NCBI GenBank assembly: GCA_032718475.1 | Contig: JAUCBJ010007799.1 | Coordinates: forward strand, 1 to 39,071 | Direction: 5' to 3' | Origin: Nemertoderma westbladi | Taxonomy: Eukaryota; Animalia; Xenacoelomorpha | Length of the DNA: 39,071 nucleotides | Shown: piece after piece, positions 31,754 through 39,071 of the stretch | How positions within the stretch are numbered: position 1 is the first letter of the stretch | Layout of the letters: each line of letters starts with the position of its first letter | Notes under the pieces: model-generated | Database searches by the model: none | What the model saw: only the letters and a program-made list of their open reading frames with translations | What the model was told of the DNA's origin: nothing | Made by a program: the position numbers and the translations under genes

Positions 31754-32091
31754 CTTCTTTCTCACGTCTCTAGCTTACTATATTTACCATTCCGTCATTA
31801 CCAGTCTACCGAATTGGCTACCTACTTAACTGCTTAACGATCTGGAAAACTTCGCTGCAGTCACCTAATTTTAACTAGGCCTTTAGGCTTATTCAGTTAT
31901 TGCTGTGTTGCAATTGCATGAATCTCAGAATTACCCAGGCTTCCAGCCCTGTTTGCCTGTGCTGTTGTGGCCGTCTGTCAATACTGTTGGTTGGTTGGCT
32001 CGCGATCTACCACCACCAGTGCTGCAGTGTAAAGCTATACCAGTATACCTATACCTAGCCAGGATAGGGTAGCACCTTACCGGTATACAAA

Positions 32092-35000
32092 ATGGCTGCA
32101 CAGCATCCATTAAGAACTCCCAAACTTTTACCCTTAACCAAAACTGAAACCATCAGCTCCTTCGAGACCTGGAGACAAAACTTGGTATATACGCCGGTAC
32201 TCTTTCACTAGATACAGAGTTTCCCCCATTTACTGCAACTGGTGTACTTTGGGAGAAGAAACTGCGTCACAATCCTACGCGGGGGTTGCTGGATGACGAG
32301 GACACTATCCCAGTTGCACGCCATCGCACAGCTGACCAAAAGGTTGCTGCTTTGGAATTAATGCTGGGGCAGGTGGCTAATTATGCTCCCATTATTTCAA
32401 GAAATACTATAGTCCGGAATTCTGTCTCCTTGCCTGCCATTTGGCAAGCCCTACGTTTGCATTTTGGGTTCCAGTCTTCGGGTTCTCATTTCCTCGATTT
32501 AGCTGAAATTAAATTGGAGCATGAGGAACGCCCAGAGGACTTATTTCAAAGGCTGATGGCTTTTACTGAGGATAATTTTCTGAAGCATGGGGGCAATATT
32601 TCTCACCATGGTGAGGACCCCCTTGAAGATGAGGAACTTACTCCCACTCTAGAAAATCTCATTGTACTAACATGGCTTCGTCTTATTAATACAATTCTTC
32701 CCAAGCTTGTGAAACAGAGGTATGGTACGGAACTGCGTTCCCGTACCCTCTCAAGCATCAAACCAGAAATTTCACAAGCTCTTCCTTCTCTTTTAGACGA
32801 ACTTCACTCATCTGCTGAAGTTCGGACATTCCGAATGCAGACAGGTTCTACAAGTCAGTTCCTACCTTCCTCCTCCCATTTTAACAACACTAGCACTAGG
32901 CCCAAGGCTGTGGGATCTGGAAATTACACTGTCAAATCAGCCTCCTGTCCACTGTGTAAACAGGCTGGCCGCAAATCATATAACCATTTCCTGAGTTCCT
33001 GCGTATACTTACCTGAGCAAGATTGCCGATTTATGGTCCGTACCCGTACAGCCGAAGTGGCTGATGGTAATGTTTATGACGAAGTTGAGGACACTACCAC
33101 AGCTCTAGAAAATCTGTCAGCAATATATGGAGATGAGTCTGCATCTATCAGCAGAGTTTCTGTCATCCGGTCGCCCTTCATGAATACTTATTATGGGTCT
33201 TCATGCTTGAGGGTATCACTAGATAGTGGAGCTGAGTCTAATCTAATTTTAGATACCGTTGCCCAGAAACTTTGCCTCCCTATCACTCCAAATAAGCACC
33301 AGATTCCAGCTCAGGTAGATGGTGTATCTAAACTCGGTGTTATTGGTGAAACACAGTTTGTTTCAATGAGGGAAAATCTCTCCTTTTCATTCCATGGTCT
33401 AGTGGTACAAAACCTAGGAACTGAAATTTTAGCTGGTATGCCATTTTTAGCTAGCAATGATATTTCTATTCGTCCAGCCACTTCACTAAATCACTTTCAG
33501 TGATGGCTCTACTTTTGACTATTCAGATAACTCCTGCCATCGTCATCAGCCATTGCCTATTGCCAATGGTCGTATTTGTGGGACTACGATTCTTCGCGCA
33601 CCCCCTCAATCTATGGTTGTATGGCCAGGTGATGACTTAGTACTGAGTTTGCCTGATTCTTTGTGTGACTCAAACCAATCCGATGATGCTATATTAGTTG
33701 CTCCACACTGTGATGGCACTGTCAACCAGCCCAGGGCATTGTTCACCCCAACGGTTTTGGCTTGCCCTAATCATAACATTTCAATCACTAATCAGTCTCC
33801 AGACCCCGTTTTTATAAAACGCAACTCACATATTTGTTCAGCAATTAGAACTGTCCCTATTTGCCAGGCTGACCTTGCCACTGAACCTATCCAAGTGGTC
33901 CACATTAGCAGCCAGCTCTGTGAAATCTCACTCAGATAAGGTTCACCTGGACCCCGATTGCATACTGTCTCCCCAGGATCATGCCCTATTTCTTGACATT
34001 CTGGTAAAGCGTGATATAGTATTTGACCCATCATATCCTGGTTATAATGGCGCCGCAGGTGAATTTAAAGCTGTGGTTAATATGGGTCCAGTCCTACCCC
34101 CTCAGCATAAAGGTAGACTTCCCCAATACGCTAAACATCGGTTATTGGAGCTCCAGGAACGATGTGATGAGTTAGAAAAGCTGGGTGTCTTCTCTTAAGA
34201 GTATCTTAATCCCTCATTTCTGGTAAAAAAAAAGCCCAGTGGAGGACATCGTTTAGTAACGGCCTTCGCAGAGGTTGGTCGGTATGCTAAACCCCAGCCA
34301 TCTCTTCTACCCAATGTAAATTCAACCTTACAAGCCATTGCCAGCTTTAAATATATAATCAAAACTGATTTGATGAGTGCTTACTATCAGATACCTATCT
34401 CAGAGGAATCTATGAAATACTGTGGTATTGTTACTCCATTCCGCGGGGTTAGGGTTTATACTCGATGTGCCATGGGGATGCCAGGATCAGAATCAGCCTT
34501 GGAAGAATTGATGTGTAGGGTTTTGGGGGATCTTCTTGTCAAGGGTATGGTGGTGAAAATTGCAGACGATTTATATTGTGATGGAAATACTATCCCAGAG
34601 TTAGTAGCCAACTTTGATTCACTTCTAGCTGCTCTTGCTGTTTGCAACCTTCGACTCTCTGCTGCAAAAACTGTGATTTGTCCACATAGTACTACAATTC
34701 TTGGTTGGAAATGGACACTAGGATCACTTTCTGCATCTTCTCATATTGTATCAACTTTAGCTGCTTGTGTGCCACCCACATCTATACGTGGCTTACGATC
34801 CTATATCGGATCCTATAAGGCATTATCCCGAGTGTTGCCCCACTGTTCATCACTTATTTCTCCCCTTGATTCCCTTTTAACTGATAAGTCCACTGATCTT
34901 GTCCAATGGACTGATTCTACATCAACTGCATTTCGCCATAGCCAAGCAGCTCTGAAAAACTGTAAATCTATAACATTGCCTACTCCACAGGATCATCTAT

Positions 35001-36048
35001 GGATTATTACAGATGCTGCTTCTTCAACAGATGGTCTAGGAGCCATTCTTTATGTTAAACGTGATAGCAAATTTTTAATCTCAGGGTACTTCACTGCTAA
35101 ACTTCAGAAACACCAAGCTTTATGGCTTCCATGTGAGATGGAAGCATTAGCGATTGCTGCTGCAGTTAAACATTTTTCTCCATACATCATTCAATCCCCA
35201 ATGCCCACACAGGTCCTTACAGACAGCAAACCATGTGTACAGGCCTTCCACAAAATGTGCAGTGGTACATTCTCGAATAGTCCTCGAGTATCCACTTTTC
35301 TGTCTATTGCCCATCAGTATCAGGTGACACTAACCCATCTGCCTGGATCTGCAAATTTACCTGCCGATTTCGCCAGCCGAAATGCTCCACCTATATGTGC
35401 TACCAACAATTGCCAAGTTTGCACATTTGTTAATGAGTTAGCTGAGGCACCAGTAATTCGATCCCTTCCTTTAGTCAGTGAAGATAATGAATGTGCACCT
35501 CGTGAGTTACCTATTGTGCACGCTGTCTCAACTAATCCTGCTATAACCAATGACACGAAACCCCTTTATACCAGTCGCCACGCTTGGCTAGAAACACAGC
35601 GGGAATGAGCCGACTTACGTCGTGTTAAAGCTCATTTGGTTCAGGGGACACGCCCGTCCAAGAAAGATACTGATATTCGTGATGTCAAGCGATATCTGGG
35701 TGTTGCTTCATTGACAAGCAATGGCTTACTTGTTGTTCGACAAGAGGAACCATTCACTGCAGCTCGTGAATTGATTATCATCCCTCGAACTATTGTTCTT
35801 GGTCTCTTAACATCAATACACCTGCAGCTTAACCATCCATCAGCAAGCCAATTAAAGAAAAACATTACGCGAAATTTTTATTGCCTTGATCTCGATAATG
35901 CTGTTGCTGCTGTAACATCAGGCTGCCATCAATGTTGTGCCCTATCACGATGCCCACAACAAATTATTGCACAATCATCTGGAGAACCTCCTGAAGCAAT
36001 TGCTATATCTTTTGCTGCAGATGTGCTACGCCGTTATCAGCAATATTC
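32092..36048 (+). pseudogene. Gypsy gag-pol pseudogene (several frameshifts and stops)
   Basis: Gag MAAQ..SFETWRQNLVY/TLSLD..ELMLGQVANY, knuckle CPLC..HFLSSC, protease LDSGA, RT YLNPSFLV, KTDLMSAYYQ, MGMPGS, KIADDL, RNase H ITDAA/TDSKP/ADFASR, integrase H..H/CHQC, ending at FAADVL. Confidence 0.9.
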
Positions 36049-36739
36049 TGAAATTTGACAGATTTTATAAATATTAATAGTTAATATTTAGGTTGGGCAC
36101 CGGTTTATTCCAGAACATGTCTGGGGACATTAACCACTGATTCTAGAATTTTGTCTTTCAAGTATATCGGTGGGTGCCGCGATATCTTAATCGACTAGAA
36201 TTACAAATGGTCAAAGGGTTTAACAGATTTATTTTGCGTTATACGCTACTGTTAAAGGGACATCACGCTACTATATGTATTATTTAATATACGGTATGAG
36301 AGCAATATCGCACGAAGCAATGTCAGTGAGAAGAGGCAAGTCGTTTCCAAGGTCTACCCAGAGCTTGGTTTAGCCGAGACACGAGGATCTGAATTTTGTA
36401 TTCCTAATACTCTACTTTACCAATAATACTTGAATATAGTAGGAGCTTTATTGTACTTTAATAAGTACGGATATTTCATCTTACTGTAGTCACGTATTTA
36501 TAATGTAATACGAACAGTAAGGAAAGAGAAAAAGAATTATTTCTCGCCGTCGCACTAAATATATAATATATAAGTAATTAAGTAATAAACGCGAATATAT
36601 ATATGGCACTAATCTACTAAATAATCGCTAAAATAACATTCTACTAAATAAAATTAAAGAAAACGATTATAATAAAATTACATAATTATACATACATAAA
36701 TATGAAATAATGAAACAAATATAAAATAGTAGTCATACA
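36049..36739 (-). repeat. Probable 3' LTR (~690 bp) of the second BEL/Pao element
   Basis: On the minus strand a purine-rich GGAGTGGG abuts TGTATGAC at 36739, just past the ORF stop. TATAAATA at ~36495-36502 and AATAAA at ~36103-36108. A CA end lies at 36049 or 36056, where Gypsy similarity stops. The partner LTR is outside the window. Confidence 0.6.
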
Positions 36740-36755
36740 CCCACTCCAGACGCTG

Positions 36756-39071
36756 TTACGTTGGGGAGTCCCTAGATGTTTGTTGGATTAGGGAGGTGGT
36801 CGTGGGAAGAGTATCTTGCCTTCCATACTTTCCGGAGAGTTCTCTGTCTCTTTCCAGTAAACACAAACGACCAACTGGGCGATTGAGCTGCTGTGTCTCG
36901 AAGACAATTCCCGGTTTCTTAAAGTTACGTCGCATGACGACGAGTTCTACCGATCGCACTAAACCATCATCCGAGATGTGAGTCTCGATGATACGACCTG
37001 TCTGCCACCGCTTACGTGGAATATCTGAATCCACAATAAGGACCATGTCTCCAGCGCTGACGTTTTCTTGCTGCGTAAACCACTTAGTTCGAAGTTGTAG
37101 CGTGGGCAGATAATGTTTTTGGAAATGGTCAGCGAAACGACGGGATAACAACTGCATAAGTTGCCAAGTTTGCCGGCAGTATTCGTCTCCGTCTGTGATT
37201 TCCGATCGTGGGAGCATGGCTACAGGTTTCTTCAGTAGGAAGTGCGCGGGTGTTAGCGCTTCCAGGGAATCGGGACTCGATGAGACTGGCATAAGAGGTC
37301 TCTCGTTGAGATAGGCGGCGATTTCCTCCATTAACGTCCGCAAAAGTTCGTCGGTGAGATACGCGCGGCACGGCACTATAAAGTGAAATGCAGTCTTCAC
37401 GCTCCTGATTAATCTCTCCCAACTTCCTCCCCACCAAGGGGCGTCGGCGGCGTTGAAGGTCCAGCTAGACGCTGTTACCCTTAGCTGATCATCCACCTGT
37501 CTTTGGTTCCAATCTTTGACGTAAGCCTTGATTTCATTGTTGGCACCAATGAAGTTTGTTCCCTTATCAGATCTCATCGTGTTACTAGTTCCAAAGCGAG
37601 CGATCTGTCGTCGTAAGCTCAATAGGAAGCTGTTGGTAGATAAATCGTTCACCATATCGAGATGGATAGCTCTACAAGTCATACAGACAAATATGACACA
37701 CCATCTCTTGACTATAGTCCTAGCATGATATACCTCAATAGGGCCAAATAAATCCACACCGGTATTAGTAAAGGGTGGTTCATAGAAGCTTACTTGTTCC
37801 CTAGGTAATTCTGCCTCTCGCTGTGTTAAAGGCCTACTGAATGCTTTCCTACAGGGTATGCAGTTCCTAAGAACTTGGTTCAGAGCTCTATGGGGTTTAT
37901 AAAAATAATAGCGAGTTCGAATTTCACTAAGAACTCGTTCTCTACCAGCATGATAAAGTTTGCTGTGAACATCTACAATCATCTTGATTTGTATTTCAAG
38001 ATTTCTAATGAGTATGGGAAATTTTGTGTCAAAGGATAATGGAGCATTAGTTAATCTTCCTCCAACACGTATCAACCCATCTATCATAGTGCTAGAGAAA
38101 CGATCCCTTAAGCGCATCTGTGGATTTCTCAACAACAGGAAATACTTATCGGAATCCTCATAGCATTGCAGGAGTCTCAGCATCTGCTTATTGGTTTCTT
38201 CATGCTCCTGATAACTGATCTTCTCCTTCAGAAACCTGTCGGATATCTTATATTTGGGAAGATCTTTAACAACATGGACCTGCACAGATGTCAGTGGAGC
38301 GGTATCACTATTGGTCTTCGTCCTGGAGTAGTGATGATGAAAACATCGCTTTAAATATGTAACGGCCTTACAGAGCCGATTCCAGGAACTGTAGTGATAT
38401 ATCGCTCTCTGCAGGAGAGGTGAGAGTCCTTGCGAGACGTCTGGTATTCCAGATTTCCAATCCTTCTCTCTGATTTCCACAACAGACTTATTTGTGGCTG
38501 TGGGTTTCGGATCCAAAGCGTCGTCTCCGGAAGTGTGTAGTACAGACAGATCTACCACAGGTTTAAATAACTTCGATTTACTCGCCCGAGTTTTAGGTTT
38601 GACTTTCTCCGCTCCCTTGGCCTGTCTAATCTCCGCCGTAGTAAGATGAGGAGGCCATTCATCCTCTTCTTTGCTTAGGAAGTCGGGTCCACCTAACCAG
38701 TCTGGAGTATCTATCAGTTCTTGTGGAGTTGCTCCCCTGGAGGCGATGTCTGCTGGATTTATCGTTCCGGGGCAATGTCTCCATTGATCCATCTTCGTAC
38801 GACTAAGTATAATGGCTACTCTGTTGGTAACGAAGACGCTGAACTGACAGACTTCATTGGTTATATACTCCAACACGAGTAAAGCATCGGTCCAATAGAC
38901 AGTTTTCTCCAGTGGATATTCGATCTGTTCTGTTACATTTCGGCCGATGGCTGTAGCATATAGAGCCGCTTTTAACTCCGCTCGAGGAACTTTCAACTTG
39001 TTGTTTATCAATGCCTTAGAGGTAACCAAGGCGACTTTAATTCCATCCGGAGTTTCCACTCTCAGGTAGGC
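36756..39071 (-). CDS. pol: BEL/Pao pol C-terminal part (RNase H + integrase), continuing beyond the window
   Basis: VPRAEL, WTDA, NPADIASRG, RVGGRL, H..HAG/CIPC, TGVDLFGP, RSDKGTNF, GGSWERLIRSVK, GLVRSV. DDE triad intact and frame uninterrupted. Confidence 0.95.
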   Translation of the reverse strand, partial: AYLRVETPDGIKVALVTSKALINNKLKVPRAELKAALYATAIGRNVTEQIEYPLEKTVYWTDALLVLEYITNEVCQFSVFVTNRVAIILSRTKMDQWRHCPGTINPADIASRGATPQELIDTPDWLGGPDFLSKEEDEWPPHLTTAEIRQAKGAEKVKPKTRASKSKLFKPVVDLSVLHTSGDDALDPKPTATNKSVVEIREKDWKSGIPDVSQGLSPLLQRAIYHYSSWNRLCKAVTYLKRCFHHHYSRTKTNSDTAPLTSVQVHVVKDLPKYKISDRFLKEKISYQEHEETNKQMLRLLQCYEDSDKYFLLLRNPQMRLRDRFSSTMIDGLIRVGGRLTNAPLSFDTKFPILIRNLEIQIKMIVDVHSKLYHAGRERVLSEIRTRYYFYKPHRALNQVLRNCIPCRKAFSRPLTQREAELPREQVSFYEPPFTNTGVDLFGPIEVYHARTIVKRWCVIFVCMTCRAIHLDMVNDLSTNSFLLSLRRQIARFGTSNTMRSDKGTNFIGANNEIKAYVKDWNQRQVDDQLRVTASSWTFNAADAPWWGGSWERLIRSVKTAFHFIVPCRAYLTDELLRTLMEEIAAYLNERPLMPVSSSPDSLEALTPAHFLLKKPVAMLPRSEITDGDEYCRQTWQLMQLLSRRFADHFQKHYLPTLQLRTKWFTQQENVSAGDMVLIVDSDIPRKRWQTGRIIETHISDDGLVRSVELVVMRRNFKKPGIVFETQQLNRPVGRLCLLERDRELSGKYGRQDTLPTTTSLIQQTSRDSPT

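Larger units (their letters stand above)
31511..36048 (+). mobile_element. Decayed Ty3/Gypsy LTR retrotransposon, interrupted in integrase; left boundary uncertain
   Basis: tRNA-Leu PBS at 31740 and gag-pol remnants in PR-RT-RH-IN order. The candidate 5' LTR (~31511-31730) cannot be confirmed without its partner. Confidence 0.85.

Overview
Eukaryotic, most likely invertebrate metazoan, genomic DNA dominated by transposable elements. It has one probable host gene, an intronless class A GPCR (4155-5393). The elements, in order: (1) a decayed RTE-like LINE fragment (~1251-2990); (2) a complete, young 13.3-kb BEL/Pao LTR retrotransposon (5948-19282; ~1-kb TG..CA LTRs, GTGGC target-site duplication); (3) a head-to-tail array of four non-autonomous Helentron/HINE-like elements from two terminal families (19322-25239); (4) a full-length CRE-like RLE non-LTR retrotransposon with an intact ORF, poly(A) tail and 15-bp TSD (25516-29500); (5) a 63-bp minisatellite; (6) a decayed Ty3/Gypsy element with a tRNA-Leu PBS, cut in its integrase by (7) a second, minus-strand BEL/Pao element that runs off the window. 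Most notable: the complete BEL/Pao element has no tRNA-type PBS. The 13 nt abutting its 5' LTR are instead the exact reverse complement of an LTR-internal sequence, in the geometry of Tf1-type self-primed reverse transcription. I know that mechanism only from Ty3/Gypsy elements, not BEL/Pao. All comparisons were made by eye and no database searches were run.
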